This document shows positions 1 through 12,992 of a DNA stretch of 64,000 nucleotides, in pieces. Origin of the DNA: Ostrea edulis. Lineage: Eukaryota. The notes below the pieces were generated by a model. That model saw only the letters and a list, made by a program, of their open reading frames with translations, was not told the origin of the DNA and made no database searches. The stretch lies in assembly GCF_947568905.1 (NCBI RefSeq), contig NC_079165.1, positions 65,472,001 through 65,536,000 on the forward strand. Reading direction: 5' to 3'. Every line of letters starts with the position of its first letter. Position 1 is the stretch's first letter. Made by a program: the position numbers and the translations under genes.

Positions 1-469
1 TCTTTTCATATACTTTTTATAGAAAATGTTACTAACTGAATATATTCAATCAAAAACGTTTGGTTCATGTACCTTATAATGTCACACATGTACATGTACA
101 GCGTAGCTTAGAAATATATGTAATCAGGTCAATCAGGATATTATACTGTCAGGACATTATACCCATCTTGCTTCTGACTAAATAGTATATGGTGACGTTG
201 AACCAACGTTTGACAAAGTTTATATACTTTCCATGATGTATATACCATAGTCACTATTGTTTGTGTCAGTCTCCCACCCTACCCCTAAGGGACATGATAT
301 GAAATTTGAATCTACCCGGGAAATTATTGATTTCACATATTGTAATCTTGTAATAAAGTTGTAAAACTTTGAGTCCAACTAGTGGTACCAGCTTATAAGC
401 CCTGACAGTGATGTGTCATGGTATACCCATATTACATAGAGATTGGAGAATGGGAGGGGGGAGGAGGAG

Positions 470-530
470 GGTCAGGAATCAAACCCAGAACCCTTGTACT
501 ACTGGTTAGGTGATCTAACCACTGAGCTTA
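470..530 (-). mobile_element. tRNA-derived SINE head or tRNA pseudogene fragment
   Basis: Minus strand reads AGCTCAGTGGTTAGATCA (A-box-like) ... GGGTTTGATTCC (B-box-like); no complete cloverleaf. Confidence 0.6.
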
Positions 531-769
531 CAAGGATGATATACAAATGTTAATCTTCCATACTCCATCAACCAACTGATAGCAAAAACTGGTTGCAAGT
601 TTACAAAGTTTACTAAAACAGACTATTGTTATTGTTTCATGATTATTTGTGTAATAGTGTTTATTAACACTACACAAATGTATATATATTTCAATTTTAA
701 TATATTTGAATATCCATTATATAGAGATGTGTTTTATGCTCACCCAAGTAGAACTTCAGATGTACAACA

Positions 770-2399
770 TGAGCAGTACATAAAAATAAGCATTCCCCAT
801 TTCAAACATGCAAAGTCCCCTACCTCTACTATACGACTTCATTAGAATAAAACCAATCCTGATATCTGCCCGCATCAGTCTCTGTTGCAATATCTCGAGA
901 TTAGGATTAGCACGACTCACCATCCCAGCCACTATTCTCTTTCATGGATGGTACCCCTGTGTCACGTCATTTTTTCACGGAACAACTTCGTCTAGCTCCA
1001 TCATTTTGCAACCTTAATCTTCATCATTATCAAACTCACAGCTTCCGAATTGGTGCTGCCACTACTGCGGCTGCCCGAGGTTTTTCGGAACTCCAAATAC
1101 AGTACATGGGGAGATGGAAATCCAATGCTTTTAAGAAGTAAATTCGTATTCCCATCTTAGAACTCTGAGTATCCCATTTCTCTACTAAACTACTTGGCAT
1201 CAGTCAGGGGCTGATGACCAATACATTACAGTTTATGTACTTATGACATATGCCATCAGTCAGGGGCTGATGACTATGCTTCATGTACTTGTCACCAATC
1301 AGGTTCGATACCTCTGCATATAAGTTAAGGACATACTTGCCATCAGTCAGGGTTTGATGGCCTTTTAGCTTAATTTCCTTATGAACACATGTACTTGTTT
1401 AGCTTTGTTCTGTTTGTATTGATGAGTTCTGTTTGTGTTGATGATGGGGGCGTTAACAAGCAAGCCCTATTTGTATATCTCTGTCTCATGTATTCCTTTT
1501 CTACAACTATTGTCTGGCTTGTTAACATGGCCTTTTAACGCCCCTTTTTCTGACTTTTTCCAAGTTGTACATATATTTGGGTCTATTTTTTATATGCCAA
1601 ATATGCCATAATTTGTCACTAGTCATAATATGTCAGATGACACATTTTTTATTCTCAGGTGCTAATTTTGAGATGTGGCAATTTGTCATTATACATTGTC
1701 TGTACATTTTACTTGTATGTAACTTTTACTTATATCTGAATCCTAGTTTGAGTTCCCTTTACTGTCATTTATTGTGTATGTAATAAATGACCTATTTTAT
1801 TCTAAAGGGTGTGATGTTTTTATTTAGTACAGGCAGACAGGTATAAAAATGATTTATGTCAATAAATCATTTATATCTGTTGCCTTGTGTTTATGCACAC
1901 GGCTCAAACTTTTATGTGGTATTTACAGCATCCCTATTTGCATACTTGCAGACTGCGCGTGCGCATTCTGTATTTGATACTTCGTAAACAAAGGGGAATT
2001 TTGAGTCTACCACCAACCTCCCCACCTCCTTCATACCGGGGGCCTTTTAACGCCCCCTTTTCCTTTTTTCCCCGAACTGTACATATGGGCCTTTTAACGC
2101 CCCCTTTTCTGACTTTTTCCAAGTTGTACATATGTTTGGGTCTATTTTTTGTATGCCATAATTTGTCACTAGTCATAATATGTCAGATGACATATTTTTT
2201 GTTCTCAGGTGCTAATTTTGAGATGTGGCAATTTGTCATTATACATTGTCTGTACATTTTACTTGTATGTAACTTTTACTTATATTTGAATCCTAGTTTG
2301 TGTTCCATTTACTGTCATTTATTGTGTATGTAATAAATGACCTATTTGATTCTTTAAAGGATGTGATGTTTTTATTTAGTACAGGCAGACAGGTATAAA
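770..2399 (+). mobile_element. 3' end of a tyrosine-recombinase retrotransposon (DIRS order, Ngaro/PAT-like); YR pseudogene at about 770-1170
   Basis: Translation gives KISIPHFKH, ICPHQSLLQYLEIR, then after a frameshift DGTPVSRHFF..HSFRIGAATTAA..MGRWKSNAF; the catalytic Tyr codon position is a stop (KK*IRIP). It is followed by direct repeats 1529-1847 and 2088-2399. Confidence 0.85.
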
Positions 2400-2415
2400 T
2401 ATTTTATGATTCAGC

Positions 2416-2513
2416 GATAGGGGCCTCTTATCTGCACTGTTCTCCATCACGCATGTGCGATCAATGTATCTATCATATGTGTGATATAGAACAGAGCGGA
2501 CAAGAGGCCCCTG
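2416..2513. mobile_element. Small fold-back MITE with approximately 9-bp TSD
   Basis: Hairpin 2420-2511 (ggggcctcttatctgcactgttct / agaacagagcggacaagaggcccc) between two copies of tgattcagc (2407-2415, 2514-2522); termini imperfect. Confidence 0.55.
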
Positions 2514-2797
2514 TGATTCAGCACTGTCTGATAGTCATCATAGAAATATCATAATTATAGTATCAGTGTTTTAACCTTTTATGATATCACAGTACTGTCT
2601 ATTTTAAAGAAGTGATTTGTGTAAATAAGAAGCACTTTAATGTATGATTGTAATTACATTTGGTATGTTTCAGAATCTTATATTTCGCAATAAATTGGAG
2701 GTGATCAACCTATAAGTTTGATTAAAGTATGGCGAAGATCAAAGGAAAATGTAACACACCATGACACAAGAACCCAATACTGGACTTTGTTGTTTAA

Positions 2798-3806
2798 GTA
2801 AAGGATATAAGCCAAAAAATGTCCATTCTGTGTGAGAAAGAACTGATTGAGGCCCGTAGGGTCGAGATTAGTTCTTTCTCTCACGGAATGGACAGTTTGA
2901 GGCTTATATCCTACTTAAAACATTACATCCTTTGTTCTAAGAATGGACAGTCTCAGGTAAACCCATTGAGAATGATAATTATGAATAAAGCTATTTTAAA
3001 TAATCTGACAATATAACCAGCCTTGCGTAGAAATCTGTTTCTTTTGTTCACTTATTCGACAGTGTTAGGTGAGTAGTCTTCTACTGCAGGTTTTATATTC
3101 ACTCACTCTATAATTCTGAGCCATATCAACATGTCTTCCTCTGATGGGGAGAGCATTTTCATTGCACAGTCAAAATTTAAAGATTTTAGTGAAAGTATTG
3201 CAAATATTCTGGATATGGAGGGTGAAAAAGTTCGAATATTTGGATGAGGAAATAATTAACGCCAGCCAAAAGAACCCAATACACCTATCTCGTGAAGTGA
3301 AATTATTGATGAAAGCGAAAATAATAATTCAGAATTAGGATATGCTAATAAAGAAAACATAAAAAAAGCGTCGTGAAGAAGTTTCGAAATGTGCCTCAGA
3401 ATCCAGCGAAATTCAAATACGGTATGGAAATATGTCTTTCAAATTTAAATTTTGATGCGATATAGTAATGGCCAATCGAATTAAAAAATTGTGAATCTTA
3501 CGAGTTGAAGCAGAGAATTCTACTAAAGGGAAATATCATTTTTAAGTGTTTCAGTGATTTTTCCGATATCTGTGTTGATTCTTACTTGTAGGGAATTTAA
3601 AATTAAATTTGTATCTCTTTGACAAATGTATTGTCTTTCTCTTATTTTTAGCCTACCTGTAGATGTCTAATAAGTTATTGGGTTTACCTGTAGGTGTCCA
3701 ATAAGTTGACAATTACTGTCCATTATTTTTAAGAACGGACAGTATCTGTCCATTCTTTAAAATAATGGACAGCAATTGTCAACTTATTGGACACCTACAG
3801 GTAACC
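2798..3806. mobile_element. Composite fold-back (palindrome-rich) non-autonomous element remnant
   Basis: Hairpin 2798-2914 flanked by TTAA; near-perfect palindrome 3681-3806 (about 62-bp arms, loop tat); both share tgtccattct/agaatggaca and caggtaaaccc/gggtttacctg motifs. Confidence 0.55.
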
Positions 3807-4187
3807 TTTTCACTACAAGTAGACTTTCTTCTATATAAAAGCCTAAAAAGATGTTTTAATTCGACAGAAACCCCGTCACATTCCCATTTCAGAACTCAAA
3901 TCACACGTGAATCTTTGTTTGCATTATTCACTGTATATATAATGGTAATATCAAGTGAACAAACAACAACTAGATCATTATTTTGAACAAAGAACGCGAG
4001 ACAATATTAGCAAGCAACATCTTGAGATAAATATGGCAATAAATATGCATTTTGTTAGATAAAAAAGTTAAAGAGAGTATTCACACCATGATAAGGTCTG
4101 TGGGACTCACACAATCAAAACCCGTACCTGTTTCAGAACATGCAATGAAAGATGCTTTCAAACTCGGTACTTAACAGCTTCATACCA

Positions 4188-5435
4188 TTTTTATGCCCCC
4201 CTTCAAAGAAGAGGGCATATTGGTTTGCACCTGTCGGTCGGTCGGTAGACCACATGTTGTCCGCTCAATATCTTGAGAACCATTCACTTGATGATAATGA
4301 TATTTCATATGTGGGTTGGTCATGAGTAGAAGAGGACCCTTGTTGTTTTTCAGGTCAAAGGTCAAGCTACTCTGGACATAGGAATATAATGTCCGCTCAA
4401 TATCTTGAGAACTCTTTGCTTGACAGACATCAAACTTGGCACACTGGTACATCCTAAGGAGTAGATGACCCCTATTGATTTTGAGGTCATATGGTCAAAG
4501 GTGAAACTAGACATAGGAATATACTGTCTGCTTAATATCTTGAGAACCCTTTGCTTGACAGACATCAAACTTGGTACACTGATACGTCTTCATGAGAAGA
4601 TGACCCCTATTGATTTTGAGGTCACATGGTCAAAGGTCAAACTGGACATAGGAATATAATGTCCGTTCAATATCTTGAGAACCCTTTGCTTGACAGACAT
4701 TAAATTTGGTACACTGGTACATCTTCAGGAGAAGATAATCCCTATTGATTTTGAGGTAACATGTTTAAAGGTCAAGGGTTAACCTGGACATTGGAATATA
4801 CTGTCCGTTCAATATATTGAGAACCCTTTGCTTGACAGACATCAAATTTAGTACACTGGTGTATATTCAGGAGAAGATGACTCCTATTGATTTTGAGGTC
4901 AAAGGTCAAACTGGACATATTAATATACTGTCCACTCAATATCTTGATAACCCTTTTGCTTGACAGACATCAAACTTAGTACACTGGTGTATATTCAAGA
5001 GAAGATGACTCCTATTGATTTTTAGGTCAAGGGTCAAACTGGACATAGTAATATACTGTCCACTCAATATCTTGATAACCCTTTTGCTTGACAGACATCA
5101 AACATAGTACACTGGTACATCTTCAGGAGAAGATGACCCATATTGATTTTGAGGTGAAAGATCAATAATTGAACTGGACATAGCAATATATTGTCTCCTA
5201 AATTTTAAGAATTATTTGCTTGATTGACACCAAACTTGGTACACTGGTACAGCATAAGTAGTAGATGACCCCTATTGATTTTTAGGTCACAAGGTCAATC
5301 CACTCTTGACATAGAAAGATATTGTCTGCTCAATATTTTGAATTGATGATACTACTATCAATTAAATGATGTGTGTATAACCCTTTTCAATTTTGCACCA
5401 TGGGGGGCATATGTGGTTTAGAAACATCTCTTGTT
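4188..5435 (+). mobile_element. Helentron/HINE-like (pearl/CvA-type) non-autonomous element with internal satellite array
   Basis: Starts ttttatgccccc, has a (gtcg)n microsatellite, about 8 tandem units of 127-142 bp (gacata at 4375, 4510, 4645, 4787, 4914, 5042, 5177, 5308), and ends gggggcat..catctcttgtt. Confidence 0.8.
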
Positions 5436-6449
5436 TTATTTGCTGGGTTTTTTTGTTTTTTTATTAAAAGTGATATTAATGTTCACTTTTTCAAATGTTT
5501 CTCAATTAAAATAATATATCCTGGACAAGTATTTCAAACTTTTTATCAACGATTTTAAATCTTGATTTTGGCCACACCATATAGTTCAGGGTCATGACAT
5601 GCAAACTCTCTGTCAGATATGAGCTTTAAATGTCTTTCCATTAAATAGAAACAAATATTTGTAATATGTTTACCTAGACTTTGGCTACTTGACATTGGTC
5701 ATAAAATACTGTACCTATGGTCATAATCAATATTCGTGCCTACTATTAACCCATAATATCCCTCCACTTTAAAGTTTTGACACACAGAAATGGGTTATTA
5801 CCCTTTATCTTGGTTAATGACTTGGTTCAGGATCATGGCACACTGTTGGGTTATAAGAAATCCTAATAACCATGATTATAGAGTGTGCCCCAAACAGATA
5901 TTTCCATTTTTTTTTATGTTAGGGCCATCCACCATGCTAAAACATCCTTGGTTCAGGACCAATTAATACATACTGCCTAAGCTTTTAGCAATCTCTGTGC
6001 AAATCATGAACTTGAAATATCTCTCCATTACAAAATTATCACCAACATTTGTTGCCTTGCTATCAAATTCTAAAAGAAATTTATTAGTGACCCTCACCTT
6101 GCTTTAGCATTTTGACACACAGTTCATATTTGTGTTAAAGTATCATAAGCTTCTAATGTTTCTCCATTACAAAATGACCTGGAAAAATTTATTGTCTAAT
6201 CTTTTTACTAATGGCCTTGATGTTGAACAAATGACCATGATACACATTATCTTACCATAATCAACATTTGTGCCATCTCTCCATGACCCAGAGACAAAGT
6301 ACAGTATGTAGGATGAGAGGACATCTGGTGAACCAGACAGACAGGATGATTCCAATACAATCAATGAATACTGTTTACAGGGGCTCATGCTATGCAGTCA
6401 GTTTGTTTGCTATGTGTTCAGAAGAAAGGAGAGGGCTCTCGAAATTTAA

Positions 6450-7322
6450 ATAATAAATTCAAAATTCAATTTTGTAACATGATTCAAATAGCCCTTTCCT
6501 GGAGCTCATGGGAATAAGATTTTTTTCATATACATAACTTTGTTCCCCTTGTGGGGCCCCAAGTGTCACCCCCCCCCCCCCCCCCCCACAATTTGAATGA
6601 ACTTGAATCTGAACTACCTGAGGATGCTTGCATATTAATGACAAATCATGGTTTTGCTTTTTAAAGATTTTTTCATTTTAATACCATGTAAAACTTTAAT
6701 TTACAACCAGAGGATGCTTACATAATATGACCAGTCATGGAACTGCTGTGAAAAGCAGGTTTCTTCTCTCATATATTCCAATGTAAAACTTTTGATTTCA
6801 CATTATGCACCCCCCCCCCCCCCCCTAACCTTCTAGAGCCATGATTTGAAGAAATTTATATTTGCATTACTTGAAGATGTTTGCATATCAATGATTAACC
6901 ATGTCCATACTGTTCTTGAGGAAGCATTTCTAAAATCTTATCTTATATAGTCATATGTAAAACTTTGATATCCTTTTGTGGTCCCATCCTATCCCTTGGA
7001 GCATTTGATTTGAACAATATATAATCCATACTACGTCAGGAAGGTACTGCATTAAGTTTCATCTTTTCTAATCCAGTGGTTCAAGAGAAGATTTTTAAAT
7101 GACCTCACTTTTTTTATCATCTCCCCTTTGCAAGATGGCATGGCCCTTCATTTAAACAATTTTAAATCCCCCTTACCCAAGGATTCTCTGTACAAAGTTT
7201 GGTTAAAATTGATGGTTCTAGAGGAGTCGAAAATGTGTAAAGTTTATATACGAACAGATTACGTACAGACAACAGATTATCAGAAAAGCTCACTTGAGCT
7301 TATAGCTAAGGTGAGCTAAAAA
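6450..7322 (-). mobile_element. Degenerate HINE-like element (TTTTAGCTCACC-type head)
   Basis: Minus-strand head ttttagctcaccttagctataagctcaagtgagcttttctgat at 7322, followed by decayed repeat units containing ttgtggcccc/atgcttgcata motifs. Confidence 0.6.
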
Positions 7323-7812
7323 CAAATCACTTGAGAGACTCAGATGACCTAAATAGAACTTTACACAGTAAAAAATCTTTAATGATTCAGTCATATAAAA
7401 AACAATCCTCCTTGAAGTAAGTGTTGAATATTTCACACAACAATAAATTTAACATGATCACTTTTACTACTTCAGAAAGTGTATACTTTTATACAACTTA
7501 TATATGAAACAAAATTGTAGTAATAACTTATAATGGTGATGAGCTTTAAGAGATAGATGTACTACAACTGTTAAAAGATTTTTATGATATATGCTACATG
7601 TACTAAACTTCAAATGAATTTACTTTATAAGTTCTAATAGTGACATTGACATAGCAAGCTTACAAATACAGTTGAAGAATGTATACAAGTGTTTGTTGAT
7701 TATCAAAAAAGTCCGAAAGAAATCAACAAGATAAATCAGATTCCAATGTCCCTGCATAGAATTTCTGCCCACGCATAACTTTCACTTCCTCATCTGAAAC
7801 CTGTGTATGCTA

Positions 7813-8198
7813 TTACTCTATATCATTTTCCTGTTGCAGTTTGTTTTGCAAATGTTGGTGAATTGTCTCCCTTGGATTCTCCAAATAAGATGGATGGGTG
7901 TACACCTGGCGGAATGCCTCCATGTCTTTTAACCTTGTAAAAAGAAAATAAAGAAGTCTCTTTCTGCATAACACTTTACATGGCCAATCCATTCTATTTC
8001 ATTCCTAATCAAGAACAATTTAAAGGTGTCACCAAGCCTAACTAATCATACTCTATAAATGTATTTACAGTACAATACATAACATGTACGTGTATATTCA
8101 ATCCAATTCGCATTTGTTAACAAACACAGAGCAATTGGTGAGCAAGCACAAAGAGCAATTTAGGAGGAAAATCAACCTTTAGGTATGTGATGTTTCTA

Positions 8199-8234
<36 letters not shown>

Positions 8235-9512
8235 GGGCCAAGCCAAGAATTTTTTCCCCCTAGTCATTGGTATATTGTCCAAGGACCTAAATTTTGGATT
8301 CAGATACACATAAGGAAAGTACCCTTTGAGCTACCATATGTATTCGAATATAAGTTGAAGCAGGTATAAGTCGGTTACCGTTTTTCAGAGATTTTTTTTA
8401 ATCTGGATTTTGACATTGATCCTCTCATAAGTTGTACTGATTTTTTCTCAGATTGTTAAAAATATGACTCGAGTCTCTCTGTTCTAAATATATATTACTC
8501 AACCAAAACTTGAAACCATGATCTTTGCTTGCATATTAATATGACTAATAATGGCCAGTGCGTTTTGCTAAAAGAAAAATTCAAAGATTATACATTTTAA
8601 ATTTAAAATCTTCTACTGATGCACCATCCTAACATCAACCCCCCCCCCCCCCCCCAAATCATGATTTGAAGAAACTTTAATCTGCAGTACCTGAGGATGT
8701 TTGCATATTGATATGACTAATCATGGCCCTGTTGGTCATCAGATAAAGATTTTTTTTTTATTTCCTCATACATATATTACCATGTACGAAATTTGATCCT
8801 CTAGTGTGGCCCCATCCTATCCTCCAGGGTCATGTTTTGAATCTATACAACCTGATGATGATGACTAATCATGGCCCTGCTTGATTTTTCACCATATACC
8901 AGTATCATCAAGTAAATGTTTGTTCCCTTATTGATGACATAATTTGAACTTAGATATTCTTATGACTAATAATGGCACTGTTGCTCTAAAGAACAAGATT
9001 TTTCCTTTTTCCCCTGTAAATTCCCATATAGAAATGTTGTTCCCCTAATGTGTCCCCCTTCCCCAGCCATGATTTCTACACTACCTGAGGATGTTTGTAT
9101 ATCAATATGAATAATCATGGCCCTGCTGTTCTTCAGAAGATGATTTTAAAGATATTTCCTATACATCCCACATAAATTTTGATCCCTTTTGTGGCCCCAC
9201 CATACAACAGGGTGCCATGTTTTGAACTATTTTTAATCTCCACTCATTAAGGGAGCTTTAACACAAGTCTTGTCTTTTCTGGTCCAGTGCCAGTTCTTGA
9301 GCAGAAGGTTTTCAAAAGACAACACCATTATTTTAACTGTCTTAATCACCCCCTTTTGAAAAGTGTTTGACCATTCATTTGAACAATTTTAAATACCCTA
9401 AACCCAGGGATGTTTTATGGCAAATAAAGTTGAAAATGGCTCCATGGTTCTGAAGAAGTCAAAAATGTTTAAGAACAGACGGAAGGACAGACACCTAAAA
9501 TGTACTCAGAAT

Positions 9513-9547
<35 letters not shown>

Positions 9548-12500
9548 TGGGTAACTTTATATCACTGGACCAGAAAAGTCAAATTCCACATAAAAAGTTT
9601 CTTCATAAACTGAAAATTCAAATTCAAACTCTGACCCCTGATGGACAGCATGGGACAGTGGAGGTTGTTACTTTTAGATTGGATGATAGGAATATATAGA
9701 AACATTATTTTAAAATCTTCTGATCAAGAAAAGAAATTCAAAGAGTAAAATATTATGCATGTGCAAATATGTATGAATTATGATGCCTTGAGTGGACCTA
9801 TCTATACGAACATATATCCAAAGATCTCTTATAGTGACTTTTACGTAAGAAAAAATTATCAATTATTACAGTTTGTCCATATAATATGCAAGCATCCTAA
9901 AAATTTGCATACAGTTGTTCAATAGTATGTCTTGGCCTATTGTTGGTCCACTACTAGTTTACCAAATTTACAAGTCTCCTCTCTTGTTAAAAGATGAAAT
10001 GATAAAAAAAAATTCCCAACTAATCAGAAGCATAACTGTATTTAAGATAAGTCTGAAAATGGCTATGCACTGGCCATTAACTTGATATATCACATTAAAA
10101 TCAATTTCCTCTGAAAGACTTTGACTACAGCTGCACCAACCTACCACAGACCATTCATCCTAACAACACTACACATTCTTTCATATCTCTGATGTAGGCA
10201 AATATTGGAGATCATAAAACATGTTAATAAAAGGTTAATTAATCATTAAAGAAATAGTCCAGTAAATCTCCCATTGTTTGTAAGAATTGTCTCCCTTCCC
10301 ACATCTTTATCTAATACATTTACTCACATCTGTTGCCGTCGCTGTCTCTCTTTTGGAATACTGCGGGGTTTTTCTTTATTACCTTCTCTGAAAGGTTAAT
10401 GATTTATATCAATTCCAATTTATTGTGTTTACAATTGAAAAAATTTTGTGTCTTCTTGAATCAAAAATAAAATTTACATGTACAGTGGATTTCATTTATT
10501 GAAAATAGACTCCCTTTTCCATGTCAGGCAGCTTCAGCAATTTCATAAGTTACCCTAAGTTTGTGAATGGTAACTTAGTATGTACAGATCTGTTTACACT
10601 CACAGTAGTTTGTTGCCCAAAAGGTCAGTTGAATAATGAGGTGTTTCATTACCTTTTCTTCTGTTCATCACTTTTGAGGAGCATGTCCAGGGTGGGCAGT
10701 GCCTCCCCCAGCAGTCCAATGTCCCCCACCACCGGGGTCTTTTCTTTCCTCTTCTTCTCTTTAGCAGCAATTTTGGCAGCTTCCACAGCATCTAACTCTG
10801 TCACAAAGAGAGAAATCATCTACATGTTAAATGAATCAAAAACAACTTTTTTATAACCAAAAGCATTCTCTGGACATCATATTAGGCCAAATCCTGACAT
10901 CGTTTGAAAAAGAAATTCATTCAGTAGCTGCAGAAAAATTTTGAATAAGAAATCTGTTGAAAGATGTACCATTTCTTTATTGATCATTAATTTGAGAAAT
11001 GTTCAATACATGTGATAATGATCATTTAGGAGAACTGTGATAGTGTATGAAACAAGCGATAACCTACTGAAATACATATATGATTATCATAGATACTTTA
11101 GTTTCAAATTTTGGATTGTTGGGATTTTCTATGGCTGCAAGTGTACAAGTGTTGTCAGTCAGCTGGATATGGGGAATCAAACAAAAGTAACCCCCCCCCC
11201 CCCCCCCCCCCCCAACTTTGTTCTTATTTTTTCTGTATACATAAAATTTAACGTAATTTTCCAAACTTATCTTTTTTAAAAAATACCAAGTGAATAGTAG
11301 TCAATATTTATTGATGGATCAATGTATGATGTAGACAACAATTGTGTATTCATCACAATACACAGTGTGCGAAACTAACTTTTCAATCCTGTAGACATTT
11401 GGTCCACAATCATTTTATTTCCTACAGACCACACCAAATTCCAAAAGACCCAAATAAAAACACTAAAATTAGCACATGAAAACTAATTGCTGAAGATGAA
11501 AAATATACCGTGGAAAACCTTGCAAATATTATGAACACTGATTCGTCAGCTGTTTTCAGCATTCTAAAAGAACAGTTAAAGCTTCGGGAAGTTTGCGCTT
11601 GATGGGTACCCCATTTCCTTACAGAAGAGGTCTCATTCGGATCCGGGTTAGAATAGGTCTTCAGTACCCCTTGCTTGTTGTAAGAGGCGACTAAATGGAA
11701 TGTCCTTCGGATGACACCACAAAAGGCCCCAGGTGTACATGTCACAGTAGGTGTGGCACGATAAAAATCCTTCCCTGCTTAAAGGCTATAAACACTGATG
11801 ATAGCATAGGCCTTAATTTTGCACCTCTTCACCTTCAATGGTGAAGTCTCCATGAGTGAAAGATTCTCAAGCGGGACGTTAAACAATATACAATCAACCA
11901 ACCTTACAGAGAGCATAAACATATCCATATAGAAATGACCACACAGTTCCTTAACAATTACAAAAACTGTGATTAGCAGCGATTAAGTGTGATCGCTACT
12001 CGTAACGAAACTTAAGATTTATTGTGATCGCTACTCATAACGAAACTTAAGATTTATTTTTTCAACTCGATACTAAACACAACAATGAGGTTTGGATCGG
12101 CGAGACTGACTAAGGGCATACGAAGATGAAAGCGTAAGTGCATATCGACTTGATTCTGTTCCATCCCCACCCCCCTCTTTTTAAAAATGGAATACTCTTA
12201 TTTGAACAAGATATACTGTGAGCAATGCTCACTAAGAATACCCCCGCTTACCCCAATCTCCCAAAGGGTGTTGTTAATAGGTATAAATTACCTTTTACCT
12301 GAGTGTAAAAATATGGTATGCCTTTGTAGAAGAAAATGGAAGATATAGTCCGAACACAAATCCATGGCATAAACCTATAATTTTGACCTTGAGATAAAAG
12401 GTCAAGGTCATAAAGAGGTCATGAATGTACATGACACATAGTCTCATGGTGATACACCCATGTCTTATGGTATGACTATGTCAAAACCCTATAATCAATT

Positions 12501-12943
12501 CTGACCTTGAGGTCAAACTTCAAGATCATATAGAGGTCATGAAGGTATTCGACACATTGTTTCATGGTGATACACTTATGTGTCAAATATGATATGCCTA
12601 TGTCAAAGAACAAAGAAGTCATGGCCCTGACACGAATCCATTGTAAAAACCTTTAATTTTAACCTTGATGTCAAGGTCATATGGAGGTGATGAAAGTACA
12701 TGACACATCGTCTCATGGTGATACACTCATGTGTCAAATATGGTATGCCTATGTCAAAGAACAAAGAAGTTATGGCCTGGACATGAATCCATTGTAAAAA
12801 ACCTTTAATTTTGACCTTGAGGTCAAGGGTCAAGGTCATATAGAGGTCATGAAGGTACTCGACACATCGTCTCATGGTGATCTACCTGTGTGTCAAATAT
12901 GGTATGCCTAAATCAAAGAACAAAGAAGTTATGGCCCGGACAC

Positions 12944-12992
<49 letters not shown>

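Noticed and set aside
1213-1271. Apparent box C (TGATGA) to box D (CTGA) snoRNA layout, and hammerhead-like CTGATGA cores
   Set aside because: An artefact of the repeated CTGATGA hairpin; no GAAA or stem II follows, and the site lies in a retroelement rather than a host intron.
1565-2333. Hydrophobic ORFs of 72 and 148 aa
   Set aside because: Both are translations of the duplicated AT-rich terminal repeats.
4180-4659. Short minus-strand ORFs with repeated peptides; similar ORFs at 12603-13185, 19442-19687 and 23341-24749
   Set aside because: They lie inside HINE-like tandem arrays and show no domain motif.
10521-10856. Plus-strand ORFs overlapping real exons (also 13972-14196, 16899-17123, 25657-25956, 29643-29825, 30914-31171, 38020-38253, 40098-40283, 55053-55322)
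   Set aside because: Antisense or off-frame shadows of SLX9, UBE2E, TMEM26 and IgGFc-domain exons.
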